Shown here piece after piece: positions 13,493 through 33,978 of a DNA stretch of 64,000 nucleotides. Under the pieces are notes generated by a model. The model had not been told where the DNA came from. It saw only the letters and a program-made list of their open reading frames with translations, and did no database searches. How positions within the stretch are numbered: the stretch's first letter is position 1; each line of letters starts with the position of its first letter. The DNA is from Hormiphora californensis (lineage: Eukaryota; Animalia; Ctenophora): contig CM035362.1 in assembly GCA_020137815.1 (NCBI GenBank), forward strand, positions 3,782,001 to 3,846,000, given 5' to 3'. A program made the position numbers and the translations under genes.

Positions 13493-14636
13493 CTCGGCTG
13501 ACTTCGCAAGGGGTGGGCCATTACTATAGCCAGAAAAAAATACTGATAAAGGTTACCAAAGTATCACACAAATTACCAAATTTTGAAACGTTTCCGTTTT
13601 TGTAACTACGAGACCAAACCCCCGAAACTTGGGGCCTTGTACCGAGATTAAAATACACTAAATTGTAAACAAGCTATGATACCCAGCTACAGCTGCCAAT
13701 CTACGGTTCTAAACGGTACACAGTTTACCAAGGCCCCACTTCTGCACCACAAATGTGGGGGATTGTTCAGAGAGGGGAGTGTTCAGAGCTCTTGCGAGAA
13801 CTTCAAATGCCGCTTGACTCCGATTCTGTATAGACCGACGCATGCTCATCCTGGTCATACCCCAACAGGAGAATAGTATTCTCCTGTAGTATTCTCAGAA
13901 TACACCGTATACTGAATACGGGTATGCAGCGTGATTCACTAGCTTTGGAAAGCAAGGTTGAGAAGCTTCCGGTACAACGAGTATGAGGCGGCAAAAGGGA
14001 GAAATGGGCAGAGACACAGAGAAGTGAGAACAGAAGAATATGTAAAGCGTGGTACGGGTAAACGGGAACGCTAGCCGGTACCACCCTTGAGAGGAAGAGA
14101 AGGAAAGGACCTACTGAATAGCAGCAAAGCCACCTCGGGTGACACCAGAATGGGAACGGGAGTTAATTGAGTGAGCTGGATGGAGGTCTATGTCTCTGCC
14201 ACATGGCACTTAATTTCAAATTTGTTGCCAAGTGGCCCAGAAAAAATGAGGCAATTCCGAAGAATAGTGATTTATGAAGGTGGTTGCACACCAACAATAA
14301 CCTGCTACAAACAGCTCCATGGCTATGAAAGTAACATTTATTGGCGAGGAAACATTGCATGGTGGATACTGGCCGAAACAAGTAAACAACCAATTAGAAC
14401 TCGTTATTTAGGTCACGTGACTGGTTATCAGCCAATCAGGGACCAGTATTTCCTGATTCGGTCCCATTATTAATGGGATAATGGGTGGATAATGGGATCA
14501 GCAAGTAGACACAAAGCAGCTGCATTGTTACATTAGGGCCCCTTATTTCTAAACCAATTGTAGTAGGACCGTGGCCCTGAGAATCTCTTAATTGACTGCT
14601 TATTGACCTCAAGGGGGCAACTAAGGCCCTGAGTTG

Positions 14637-14745
14637 CAAGAACCGACCGAATCAGGAAATACTGGTCCCTGATTGGCTGATAACCAGTCACGTGACCTAA
14701 ATAGCGAGCTCTGATTGGTTGTTTACTTGGTTCGGTCGGTTCCTG
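14637..14745. mobile_element. hAT-type MITE family A
   Basis: Full copy; perfect 8-bp TSD CTGAGTTG. Confidence 0.9.
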
Positions 14746-15098
14746 CTGAGTTGGAAGTCACGCTCCGGGAGCTCGGGTTGAGTGGTAATCACATTATCAA
14801 GGCCCTGAGGGCGTACTGCAAGAACTCTATGTTTATTCTAGAGTTCTCTGGCCTAAATGCAACAAGATCCTATGCAGGAACGAAACAAGTAAACAACCAA
14901 TCAGAACTCGTTATTTAGGTCACGTGACTGGTTATCAGCCAATCAGGGACCAGTATTTTCCTTATCCTGTGAATATATTTTCTCCGACCCACACGTGAGA
15001 TATCATGACAAAGGGAAACGGGAGTAGATATATATAACAATAAAAAACCCGGGACTTATGACATGTCTGTTTTGGAGGCCCAAACATATACCTCTCTC

Positions 15099-15133
<35 letters not shown>

Positions 15134-15314
15134 TTCCTTCGACCTTCCTCTCTCTTTCTCCTTCTTTCTCTCTCCTAGCGTTTTCTAGGAATATTCGTTG
15201 GTACGGGCCTCGTAAAGGTTGTGGCGGGAATTTGATAGGTCGAGGGGGTCACAGAAAGATAGATAGGAAGATAGGGACATAATATGAGAGAGAATGAGAG
15301 AGAGATAGAGATAG

Positions 15315-15398
<84 letters not shown>

Positions 15399-15911
15399 GC
15401 CGGCTGGTTTACTGATAACAAGGAGGCGGACAGGAAGAGAAAAGGGCCCCTGCTGCAGATCCCAGGGTGGGGGGGGGGGGGGAGGAGCTGCTGCGGTCTA
15501 GAGCAACGAGCGTTATCTCAAAGTATAGATAGTCATATTTAGGGCCATACTCCAAATTTTAGTCACGTGTGTAAGAGATAATTTTGCTGGCCCCTATTTA
15601 ATAATTATACCAGTATTCTTACCCAGGAATATTCTGGGTCGGCAGAGAGCTGCAGGGCTGCTACCGGGGATGGAATATTCTTAGAAAGAGAGGAAAAAGG
15701 GCCGCCAAGAAAAAAAGGGGTGACTTTATTATTGGGTAACATTACTGAGCTCACAGATAATACAGTTACCCCCATCTTTCCTGGTATCTTGGATGTTGGA
15801 CTAAAAGGGGTTCACGGGTTGAAAATATATCCAAATGGGAAGAATCTAACGGCAGGATGGAAGAACTCCATCGATGATACTTCGAAGTACCATATCATAG
15901 ATACTTCAGGG

Positions 15912-16011
15912 CAGGAACCGACCGAAACAACCAATCAGAACTCGTTATTTAGGTCACGTGACTGGTTATCAGCCAATCAGGGACCAGTATTTCCTGATTC
16001 GGTCGGTTCTG
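15912..16011. mobile_element. hAT-type MITE family A
   Basis: Slightly deleted copy; TSD CTTCAGGG. Confidence 0.9.
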
Positions 16012-16395
16012 CTTCAGGGGTCGGAGTTGTTCCATCCTGCCGCTGCTGATATATATTGCAAACCCATTGCAAACGACACGAGTACTACAGAAAAAGGACC
16101 TAAAGGAAACCCCAAGCAACAATAGCCATCACTTGGGTTTTGTGAAATTTCCCTCGGGTGAGATAGAGACCTAAAACCAAGAAGATCATTCCAGTTCACC
16201 CTTACCTCTGAATTTCAAGTTTCTATCTCATCAGGGGTGGAGCAATGACCGTGGGAAGCTTCACAAAACCCGAGTGAGAGTCATTGTTGCTTGGATTTTC
16301 CTTTAATATGTTTAATATGTACTACTGCAAATAACTCGACCAACTATCATGTACGGGGACTATTAGAACAGCACTTCTCTCTGGGAGAAAGAAAG

Positions 16396-16513
<118 letters not shown>

Positions 16514-16675
16514 TGTCATAATGTACTGCATGAGAGAGAGTGTGTACAAGTGGGAGGGGGATTCTTAGAAAAGTAGTACATTTGTAGAAGTTAAGTGGTA
16601 GGTGACTCTGTGTGTGTGTGTTCTGCAGTATTGAGGCAGCGGCATTCTACTCGAGGGTATGTTGAGAGAGGACAC

Positions 16676-16784
16676 CAGGAACCGATCGAAACAAGTAAAC
16701 AACCAATCAGAACTCGTTATTTAGGTCACGTGACTGGTTATCAGCCAATCAGGGACCAGCATTTCCTGATTCGGTCGGTTCCCG
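16676..16784. mobile_element. hAT-type MITE family A
   Basis: TSD GAGGACAC. Confidence 0.9.
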
Positions 16785-16795
16785 GAGGACACGTA

Positions 16796-16877
16796 CAGGA
16801 CCCACGTTTACCGGGACACTCGGGGGAAAGGGTTTTGCACGGTATATCGGGGTGCCCGGTATATCGGGGGCCTACTG
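16796..16877. mobile_element. Short internally deleted family B MITE
   Basis: TA-CAG...CTG-TA with family B subterminal sequence; similar short copy at 38028-38121. Confidence 0.7.
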
Positions 16878-18589
16878 TACCCATTAGGAACCAAACATCC
16901 CCCCCCCCCCTGAACTGTACCACTCAACCACTCCCCCGCAACACCTAACACAGATATATATTAGTTAGCTGAGAACATTTCTGACGACAATCTAAGATCG
17001 GACAATTCAAACCACAAATCAAATCGGACATAAGCTCTTCTAGAAGACCATATTTTCAGGAATATCATATTTTCAGCGGTGTATAACATATGGCAGCTGA
17101 GTTCATTTGCACACATATAAGCTTCTGCAGGATAATGTAGTACATAGTAACAAGTTTAAGGTAGCAAATATAGATAGAGCATTAGGCTACAATTACAGGC
17201 CATTCACATATTCACATAACTATGAGAGGTTCCCCGCTCCCCGTGGATTGCAAAGTCACATACCAAATTTGTTAGTGGCCCTTTGGACAGGCCACCTAGT
17301 AATACGATATAAGTCGGCTCATAGACCCCACAAACAATAGCTCACGTTGCACTAACGGGAGATGTATTAAATTAGATTTGTACTACAAAAATTATGTTTG
17401 TAGTTCACGCCCAGTGCCCACTGCCCACGGAATCCTACTGACTCACAAAGCCACAAAACCTGTGCGACTGAAGAGCCTTTTAGAAATACAAATATTTGGT
17501 GAACCATGTAACAGCCAGCCACCCCCGACTCAATCTCATATAACAAGCTACACGTAACACAATAACCAGGATATATCTAACAGCGAAGAGAGAAACAGCA
17601 AGTGACATTAAGAGAGGGGGTCAAGCAAGCGAGAGAGAGATGGTGTATGCGTGTGTCGGTGATTCTCAGAATGACAAATTGGAGTTACCTGCAGTTGTCG
17701 GTGATGATAATGCACAGAGCAGTACGACAACTTTCGTAGAAAGCGAATTCTGAATTCGTCCAAAGGCTTTCTTTCTCCCTCGGACTGGGTTGCACATTAT
17801 ATTTTCTTTCTTGGAAACGAAAAGATTCTGAGAATTATCAGGCATTGTGTATTGGACTATTGAGTAACATCAAATTTTGTGGTCCATCCAACGCGATATT
17901 GGGCAACTAAATTTACTAAACGCGCACGAATCTTAAACCGAATCTGTGTAATTCGCGCGGCTTTACATTTGCGCGTGCTAAATTTCCCCTGTTCATCACA
18001 GCGCTGGCAAGCGCCCCGGTTAAATCCCAGGCTAAGATATATATCATCAAAATTAAACAAAGCTGTTTAAAATCGTTCAAAAGAACTAAGAAGCTGAAGA
18101 ACCAAACATATTATCAAGTTTACACATTATATGGGTTACAATATCTCAACTAACCGACTGTCACTGGTGAGTGGTGTACACTGTCTGACCGACCCTGTCT
18201 GGCGCTGCGGACCCCATCTGAGCGGCGAGCGCACTGAGAAGTGAGAATATCAATCGGTGTTGGGCTAGGTGGGACCGTCTAGGATAAATCGGGTATCTGG
18301 CAAAACGGCCGAGGTATTGAGTGATCATCGGTCTGGAACCAGGGGGCCTACCCGATCCTAGACCAAAAGGAAAACCCTACTGGCCAACCAACCCATCCTG
18401 AGCACAACTGTTGTCATAACATTGTTCAGGGTGACGACATGTGCATGATACACTTGAGCATTGGTCAAAACGTCTCTGAGCCAATAACCCTTGAATCAGA
18501 TAAACATATGTTAGGGCTCATCTACAAGTCTCATGAGCTCATGAGGTCATGATACACTTGACACATCTTGATTCATTTTTTTTAACGTT

Positions 18590-19480
18590 CAACACTGAAA
18601 TCTTACCTTACAATACCCTCAAGGATCCTTGCAACTAGATACACTCATGAGCGCCAAAAGGGCTGACAGGCTTGCTACCATGCTTAACCTTTATTCGTGT
18701 ACAATTCAATGTACACTTTGGGGATTGAGGTACTCTCTCTCGACCTGTTCTGGCCAAGGGCCAAAACGAGCGCGCCCCACTGAGAATTTTAAATTTGTTA
18801 GCGAACGGGCCGCCGAAAATCCAAACTGTTGCAAACTGGGCCGACCCCATGAGAAAATTTGTTGGATTGAAGGGGCAATTTTGACAACCCATCGTCCTTT
18901 GAGTACAAGAGGACAGGGTTTCAAAATTCACCTTGAAAAATCAAATTGTTTTTCTTACCGCCTACTCTCTCTGCTTAAAATCTTCAAAACTGATCTATTT
19001 ACACTGTCAACACTCAATATCTTACATTACAACCCCTCAAGGCATCCTAATGCACTTGCAGTAGCTCACATCATGTGACGCCAGTGCTGCAGCTCTACTA
19101 AATGCTAATCTGAATCACTTGTACAATTGTAATTTGTATTGACCGGTACTACTCTCATCGACAGCTGTCAATAGAGGGTCAACACAACTCGTCAACGCTT
19201 ACAATTTGAGGAATTTTAGACGGAGAACTGGGTGCCAAAAAGGCCAAACAACTGTGCCAAGCCCATTGAAAATTTGTGTGATTTTGAAGTCAATTTTGAC
19301 AAAGCCTCGTCCTCTTTGTAGTACAAAGAGGACGGGGGTTGTCAAAATTGTACTTGACAGCAAATTGTACTTGACCGCCTACTAGTCATGCTTAAAATCT
19401 CAAAAATACAATCACTATATAATGCCAGGAGGGTACACTATTTACAATATTACAACAACTGTCACACACTCTTGAAGGGT
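18590..19480. repeat. Degenerate ~420-bp tandem repeat
   Basis: Shared blocks at 18877/19292 (AATTTTGACAA...GTACAA.GAGGAC) and 18608/19028. Confidence 0.55.
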
Positions 19481-19856
19481 GCTCCCGTTGACTCTCCATT
19501 TCGTCTTTCAATTCGTAACAATATAGTCCCTTATTTACCCTGCAACAAGATGAGTTTGAGTAAATTTATTTGTACGGACTGCAATGAATTTAAATGAATT
19601 ATTTGCGTCGTTAGAGCCCGTTTTGACAGTGCGCCCAGATCGGGGGGGGGGGGGGGGGGGCAGACAGTCCATTGAGGAATTTTGCCATTTTGGTTTGACT
19701 TTGCATGAGTTTCAATTATATTAAATTAGTTAAAATAATAATAAAGGAGTTCAAAAGAACACTAGAACAGCAACTTCCACTAGAACAGCAACTTCCACCC
19801 TTTCTACACCTGAATTTAAATTACACAACAATATCTGAGTGAAACTAGAAACAGTA

Positions 19857-20012
19857 CTAAAGTCCATTTTTATTCAACTGTTCACCCTCCAACTCGTGCG
19901 CGTGCAATATTTTAATTTACGCTGCGCGCGCTACACGTTAACATGTGATAGACGCGCAAAACAATTCCGCGCACGACTTTGGGGGGTGAACAGTTGAAAA
20001 AAAATGGAGTAT
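19857..20012. mobile_element. ~155-bp TIR MITE (family D)
   Basis: TCCATTTTT.TTCAACTGTTCACCC...GGGTGAACAGTTGAAAAAAATGGA; second copy at 29171-29325. Confidence 0.75.
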
Positions 20013-20476
20013 ATTCTTTATTACGTACTAAACACTTGTTTTGTTATGCGCGGGGAGGGAGGGTCGAACAAGGCAACTAAACACACTATTCTGCTAACAC
20101 TGTGTCCCTTGTCAGCACAGCTTTGAAGCATGCGTCCGCGCGGCAAAAACACACTGCTGACAAAACACCCTTTTATCATTTGTCAAACTGCGCGCGCTAC
20201 ACTTTTTAAGAGGAGCACAGCTGCACTGACACACAGCTGTGCAGCTTCTTATTCTCCCCACACGAGTTGTTGAATGTTGAAGCTGATTAGGAGATGAGAA
20301 TATATACAGGGTGACCCATAAATTCATATATGGCCCTGATAATTTATGGACCACCCTGTATATCTTACATTCATACCAGGTGTGTTGTGGCGAGAAAGGA
20401 AACCACAAGGCCCACAAAAACAAGGTGGTATTAGTATTAAAATTAGTTCTAACCACTTTTTAAAAACTCCATTTAC

Positions 20477-27637
<7,161 letters not shown>

Positions 27638-27862
27638 TCAAATAAAGCTGTAACACAAGTTATCTCTATTATAATTTGGAGATGAACGTCGAAGTCGAAG
27701 TCGTTCGTTCAGCGGTATCTAAGCGACAGACTGCTCCTTCATAAAACACTTCATATGACGAAAGCTGTAAAGCTGTTATTCACACTTTCTGAAGTTCCAG
27801 TGGAAGTTTGTTAATATTTTCGAATGACTTTTTACATGCCAGTCCCCATAGTTACCGATTCA

Positions 27863-27876
27863 GTTGCCATGGCAAC
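27863..27876. promoter_or_regulatory. RFX X-box
   Basis: Perfect palindrome GTTGCCATGGCAAC about 225 bp upstream of the LRR gene ATG. Confidence 0.7.
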
Positions 27877-28177
27877 CGTGTTATTGCCGTTGAAAGGGGC
27901 GAAAAGAACCGCCCGGCGAAGCCGGGTGGGTTGTCAAAAAGCCCTTACTTGAGGCGCACCCAATGGGTGCGCTAGTTAATGTAAATAATTGAGCCTCTAA
28001 TGGAGGAAATCGAGATTCGAGGAAGTAAAGTGTTAACAACTCCAACGGCCAACACCACCGATTGTTAAATATTAACTGATAAGAGAAGAAAAAACAACCA
28101 CAGAGAAGAAAAAACAAGGCGCCGTTACGGTCTGGGTGTTTGGTGGCCTGTACAGGTGTGCGCTGCCAAAAAAGTTG

Positions 28178-28474
28178 ATAGGGATCCCTAAAAAAGTTCA
28201 GTATTTACACAGAGTTTACACAGTCTTTACTCAGTCGTTACACCCAGAGCGCCCGCGCCGCTCTGGGTGTAACGACTGCGTCTTTCGCACTCGATTTGCA
28301 GCGTTTTCGGAAACTTTTTTCGCCGCAGCGCTCAATTTTGTCAATTGTGCAGCACACAATCCAATATTTTCTTGGAAAAAGCCACTGTGCGCAGCACGCG
28401 CCGCTCTGGGTGTAACGACTGAGTAAAGACTGTGTAAACTCTGTGTAAATACTGAACTTTTTTAGGGATCCCTA
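28178..28474. mobile_element. Palindromic MITE (~80-bp arms)
   Basis: ATAGGGATCCCTAAAAAAGTTCAGTATTTACACAGAG... mirrored at the right end. Confidence 0.8.
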
Positions 28475-28929
28475 TTCACCAAAGCGGCTCTAACCGCCGA
28501 AGCCCGAACCACTCAACCGTTTTGGCTAATTGAAAGTTTATATGGTAGAAAATGTCAAGGCCAACCTACTTTAGCCCTAACCCTAAAAACCCGTTTGTCA
28601 GCACTCACGAAACACCCAAATCAAAACATATAATAAATTAATTCATGGTCTTGATAATTCACGAAACACCTTGGCAAACGCTGCAGTGCGGGATAAGGCA
28701 GCGCTTTTCAACAAGACAACCAGATTTTAACGCTTGCCAAAAAACTGTGAAACTTTTGGCAAACGTTGCTGGCCCCGCAGCGCGGGATAAGGCAGCGCGG
28801 GATAAGGCAGCGCTTTTAAAGGAACAGCAATCCGACACCGGGGTCTCAGATAATAAACGCACACCACGATCGGTCACAGAGTGAACCTGCAAAGCGCTTT
28901 TCAAGTGAAACTTTTGTTCTTCAAAATAT

Positions 28930-29500
28930 AGTAGGAGACACTAGCGTGGTACGCGCAAAAAAATGCGCGCCACACACCTGTTATTTTAGGTATGTGGCGC
29001 GCATTTTTTTGCGCGTACCACGCTAGTGTCTCCCACTAATAAAAAAAGTGAAACTTTTGTTCTTCAAATTTTTTCCCTGCCCGGGTGATGTTTTTAGCAC
29101 GCACGTGCTAAAAAGATCATTCAGGGTTGCAAAGCGCTTTTCAAGTGAAACTTTTGTTCTTCAAAATATAGTAAAGTCCATTTTTTTTCAACTGTTCACC
29201 CAAAAACTGAAATTTAATAAAAACTAGAATCTGGGTGGCGCGCGCTACACGTTAACATGTGATAAACGCGCAAAACAATTCCGCGCACGACTTTGGGGGG
29301 TGAACAGTTGAAAAAAAAAGGAGTATAGGAGACACTAGCGTGGTATAAAGTCGGATTTTTTGAAGTTGTCACCCCAAAATGACCGCGCATGTGAAATTTA
29401 TCAATTTTGATGCGCACACCACACGTTAACATGTGATGTGACGCGCAAAAACTTTCCGCGCACGAAAAGGGGGGTGACAACTTCAAAAAATCCGACTTTA
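28930..29500. mobile_element. Stack of short palindromic MITEs
   Basis: Modules at 28930-29036 (again at 33035-33125), 29171-29325 (family D) and 29348-29498 (TIR AAGTCGGATTTTTTGAAGTTGTCACCCC). Confidence 0.75.
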
Positions 29501-29856
29501 CGGTGGCTGATTCACGCCAACTTTTTTCTCGATGAAAAAATATTGAAAGAAAAAATATGAAGAAAAATTTCAACGAAAAAAACACACACAAACTTTTTTG
29601 GCGTGAATCAGCCACCAGCCATGGCTGATCTCCGCCAACGTTTCACAAAAAAACATTGGCGTGAATCAGCCACCCCATGGCTGATCCACGCCAAGTGCGC
29701 GCCCACTCAATAATTATGTTTGCGCTGCAGGTGCGCGCGTTTTGCTGCAAAACTCAGTTTTCTTTCTTGATCTATATTTTTTTCTTTCGAGTTTGGACGC
29801 GAAACCGGTTCGAGTGATGCCAATCGGTGTTGGGGTTAGTGAATGTTCGAGTTCTA

Positions 29857-30700
29857 ATGGGCGAGAACACTTTCTCTGAACATGGAAACGGGAGCCTCGT
29901 CCTGGCTATATGCCCGGCCCCTGGAAGTATTCAACAGAGAGCTGTCCAAATCAGAGTTCACGGACGCTTTGTGCCTCAGGTATGGTTTAGAGATCAACGG
30001 CCAGTTCTCTGAATGTGTATGTGGAAAACAGAACGGAGCAGACCATACCTTGAGTTGTAGCACTGGAGGATATACCATTCTGCGACACAACGAGATAAGA
30101 GATACCCTTGCAGATATTATTACCCATGCAGGATACAAGGGTGTTGAAATCGAGAAAGTGTTACAGCCGGTTAACCCAGGTGACTACCCCAAGAGTGTCA
30201 ATACAGCACCTGATGCTTGCAGTGATGATATGCTATTAGCTTATGGAGAAGATTACAGGGAGCCCACATAGACGTGGCAGTATTCCACCCAACAGCTCCA
30301 CGCTACAGAGATAAAGAACCCAGAGCTCTGTACAGACTCCACGAAAGCAGAAAGAAACGCTATTACCAACAGCGTATCAGAGAGGCAGAGAAAGGGGCAC
30401 ATTCACCCCGTTTGTTATGTCCACCTCAGGAGGTGCCGGACCAGAAGCTGAGAGACTCATTAAAAAGCTGGCTACTCGCATCTCTGGTAAACACCATGAC
30501 AAGTATCCAGAGACAATTAACTTCATCAGGATCAGGATCAGGTTCTGCCTGCTGAGAAGTACCCTGGTTTCTCTGAGGGGTACCAGAAAAAACTTCACAG
30601 CCCCTCCTCCCATCTCCATGTGCGATTTTGTTGACTGAACTTTTAATTTTATGATATTTTATATTTATTTTTTATTCGTGTGATGGCGTGAATGAATTGA
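29857..30700 (+). mobile_element. 5'-truncated CRE-clade non-LTR retrotransposon remnant (zinc knuckle + restriction-like endonuclease)
   Basis: GASSWL...EFTDALCLRYG, CVCG..DHTLSC..GG..LRHNEIRD, D.AVFHP.A..Y...E.RKK.YY and STSGGAGPEA..LIKKLA across frameshifted ORFs 29882-30638. 13-bp direct repeat TGTTCGAGTTCTA at 29844 and 30837. Confidence 0.8.
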
Positions 30701-32006
30701 GATTATTGAAATAGCAATCCGACAATACCGGGTTCCGTGATGGATACGAGGGTACTCTCGACACTTCGGTGTTGTCCCACTTTGCAGGTTCACTCTGTGA
30801 CCGATCGTGGTGTGCGTTTATTATCTGAGACCCCGGTGTTCGAGTTCTATGATTCCGACACAACACGTCTTATTTCAGACAGAAATGATATTAATCTTTT
30901 ATATATGATAATCAATCTGACGCATGTATTTTAATCAATTTAACTTAATCTCAAGGACAGTTAAACCTGATTTTTATCAATTCATTGTGCAGAATTACAA
31001 CCCGGCACAAAATTTGTGTCACAAACAGGGGCATTATGATGATACCGTCTCATTTTCCATGTAGCAGGTTCTTCTTCCTCTTCTTGGTGACTGTGCATGT
31101 GCTAATATTCCAGTATACTGTAGCAGTACTTGCCTAATGTGTGCTGCAATGTGACACTGTACAATGTACAGTGTACAGTATATTAATACTGTATCTGTGT
31201 ACTTATCATTGTAAGACTGCGGTACACTGTTGAATTGAAAATTAGGTTCACTTAGCAACTCCTACTGTTAAAGTTTAAGAGTACATAATTTACCAATTCC
31301 CTTTTGAATTCACTAAACTCGGTTACCTTTCCAGGCATGAGTCCATTGATTACAGATTAACACATATTACTAATTGCTGAAGTCATATCCTGATATCCTG
31401 GCCATCCCTGTCCTGAGCGTGCGTGTGGTGGAGGAACCTACCTTCCTATTTGTGAGCCATGTTATGTGGAGAGTGTGGATCTGATTTATACCCAGCTGAA
31501 TGATGTAAGTTGGTTGCAATGGTGAGACGCACCTCCAACCCTTGAGCCACCTTCGAGTGATTCGTGTCAGATGACAGGTCACCGATGTAACTTCATGTTT
31601 CTTCGTGGGGATTGGGGGGCTCTCCTAGTGCTGCAGCGATATCACTTGAGATTATAGTCCCCTGTTATGTGGGCTTGCCGTTGGCAAATGGCAAGCCCAG
31701 GCACTCGTAGTAGTAGTAGTATGGTGACGACACCGACTAACCCCCCTCCTATTTACAGAACACTGAGCTGATCATAGAGCTGACAGGACCCCAGAAGAGC
31801 TAGTTACAGTTGACCAGACCCCAAAAGTGCTTGGCTCTATGGATTTATATCCTTTACCGTGCTAACATCATCAGTCATGAGTTAGTGGGAATATAACAGC
31901 CCTATATTAGGGTCAAAGGTCTACTTACCTGCCCATTTTTTGTACAATCCACTCTATTTTTATCTTTCTCTGATCACTATTTCAATCAATCTTTCCCTCT
32001 CCACAG

Positions 32007-32275
32007 TGGCAAGACAGCCGACTATAGCAACAGAAACAGGATTCCTCTGGATAAACTATGATCATGTGACAGTACCAGCACAGGCCATCCCCTCAAGGTA
32101 CGACGTACGTGGCTCCATCCAGATCTATTCACAACTGGTTTTATACACAAATATATAAGTAATATTCTGTTCCTTTCAGAGGGATGTTATCAAGTTCGCT
32201 TCGCTCTCTCCAAGGCCATTTATAGCCGGAACATTCTAGTTGTGACTGATTCCAGTGCTGATCATCAGGACTCAG
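32007..32275 (+). other. Putative exon-like fragments of an unknown gene
   Basis: Strong acceptor/donor pairs at 32007-32097 and 32180-32275 and an acceptor before 32395; frames do not join without an indel. Confidence 0.3.
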
Positions 32276-33548
32276 GTAAGAAAATATTAGGTGCCTTAGG
32301 TGCTGATGATTTTATATCTGATAGATCTTATATTTGATTTTATATCTGATAGATACCACCACACACATCAACTAACCCTCACCCTCTCCTACAGGCAGCG
32401 AGATCCTCCAAATATGTGGCTCCTGTCCAGTGGAACATCATGCACGATATGTTCCTTGGTTCTTTTACCGAAACCGAGGAAAAGGACGGAGAGGCAATTC
32501 CCATTGAACCTGATCGAGAAGTACCTGCCACCATGATGCTTCGATGTTCCGTGCCAGGATTGGACAAATATTTGGACAGTACAGTCTTACTCTTTCAGTG
32601 TAATAGGAAAAAATGTATTTACCTCAACTGCCGAATAATTAACTGTTTTAATGTCTAATGTACAACTGAGATGAGATATCAACACCCGGCCCACCGCCCA
32701 GATATCTCATATCAGAGTTTGGTATGGTGGAAAAACGTGAGTGTAGAACTTTTGGCGGTATAGCACGTGGGTAACAAGAGCGCGCGGACATTGTAATGAT
32801 GAAAGCATGCGTTGTAAGCAGTGCGCACGCGCGCGCACTTGGCGTGGATCAGCCATGGGGTGGCTGATTCACGCCAATGTTTTTTCGTGAAACGTTGGCG
32901 GAGATCAGCCATGGCTGGTGGCTGATTCACGCCAAAAAAGTTTTTGTGTGTTTTTTTTCATTGAAATTTTTCTTCGTAATTTTTCTTTGATATTTTTTCA
33001 TCGAGAAAAAAGTTGGCGTGAATCAGCCACCGTAGTGGTACGCGCAAAAAAATGCGCGCCACACACCTGTTATTTTAGGTATGTGGCGCGCATTTTTTTG
33101 CGCGTACCACGCTAGTGTCTCCCACTAATAAAAAAAGTGAAACTTTTGTTCTTCAAATTTTTTCCCTGCCCGGGTGATGTTTTTAGCACGCACGTGCTAA
33201 AAAGATCATTCAGGGTTTAGAAATCAGCAGATTGTGTAGTTAACTAAAATGTCCGTCCGTCCGTCCACCGTTACACATAGCAACAAAGTCTGCTCCTTCA
33301 TAAATCTTTCAACTCACACTTTGTTGATGCAACAAAGGAAATGATTAACACACATTGTGGCGCGCAATTACTCACTCGTATCACTTCCTATTTTCACCTA
33401 AAATCACTTTGGGTACCCTACAGCCGTACCATGACGTGGTAGCAAGTCTTCCAATCATGAAACTACTATCACACAATAATTGCAAGTGACTGGTGTTAAG
33501 ATTACTGAGGCCTGAGGGTAAAGGTGAAGCGCTTGGTCACCAACTAGG

Positions 33549-33604
33549 GTCTCCTAAGCAACTGCCTTGGTTACCATAGCAACCACCCTGGTTACCATAG
33601 CAAC
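33549..33604. promoter_or_regulatory. RFX X-box cluster
   Basis: GTTACCATAGCAAC twice (33570-33583, 33591-33604) plus GTCTCCTAAGCAAC at 33549, about 380 bp upstream of the 33979 ATG. Confidence 0.6.
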
Positions 33605-33978
33605 TAACATCGTATCAGCCAAAAATTGCTCTTAGAGTGCAAAATTCATCGGAAAATCTAAACTTGAAGCTTAGTCATCAATTTTACACCCATCTGGGGC
33701 AGGGAAACACCGCATTATGAATACATAATGCAATAATTCTTGTTAGCGCGCGAGGAGTCTGCAGCGCTTATTCATATTTTGCCAGCGCATAATCTTTTAT
33801 GTCCGAGCTCTCTGCAGCTGCTCTGTAACGCGCGAAATATTCGAAGTGAAAAGTTTGGCATGGTGTCGTTTTGAAAAATTTCAGTTTTTAATTTTTTTTC
33901 TTCACGGCGTGCCTTGAGGTTTCAGCCGTCAGGCGTCAGCGTCGTACGTCGAATCGATCTAAACCCTCAGGTGCAGTG

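Larger units (their letters stand above)
29501..33032. mobile_element. 3.5-kb TA-flanked element with ~200-bp TIRs carrying cargo
   Basis: 29501-29702 is the near-identical reverse complement of 32832-33032 (CGGTGGCTGATTCACGCC...); TA on both sides; no transposase seen. Confidence 0.7.

Noticed and set aside
28571-28592. Telomere-like CCCTAACCCTAA (and CCCTAAA at 35590-35890)
   Set aside because: Too short or interrupted to be a telomeric array.
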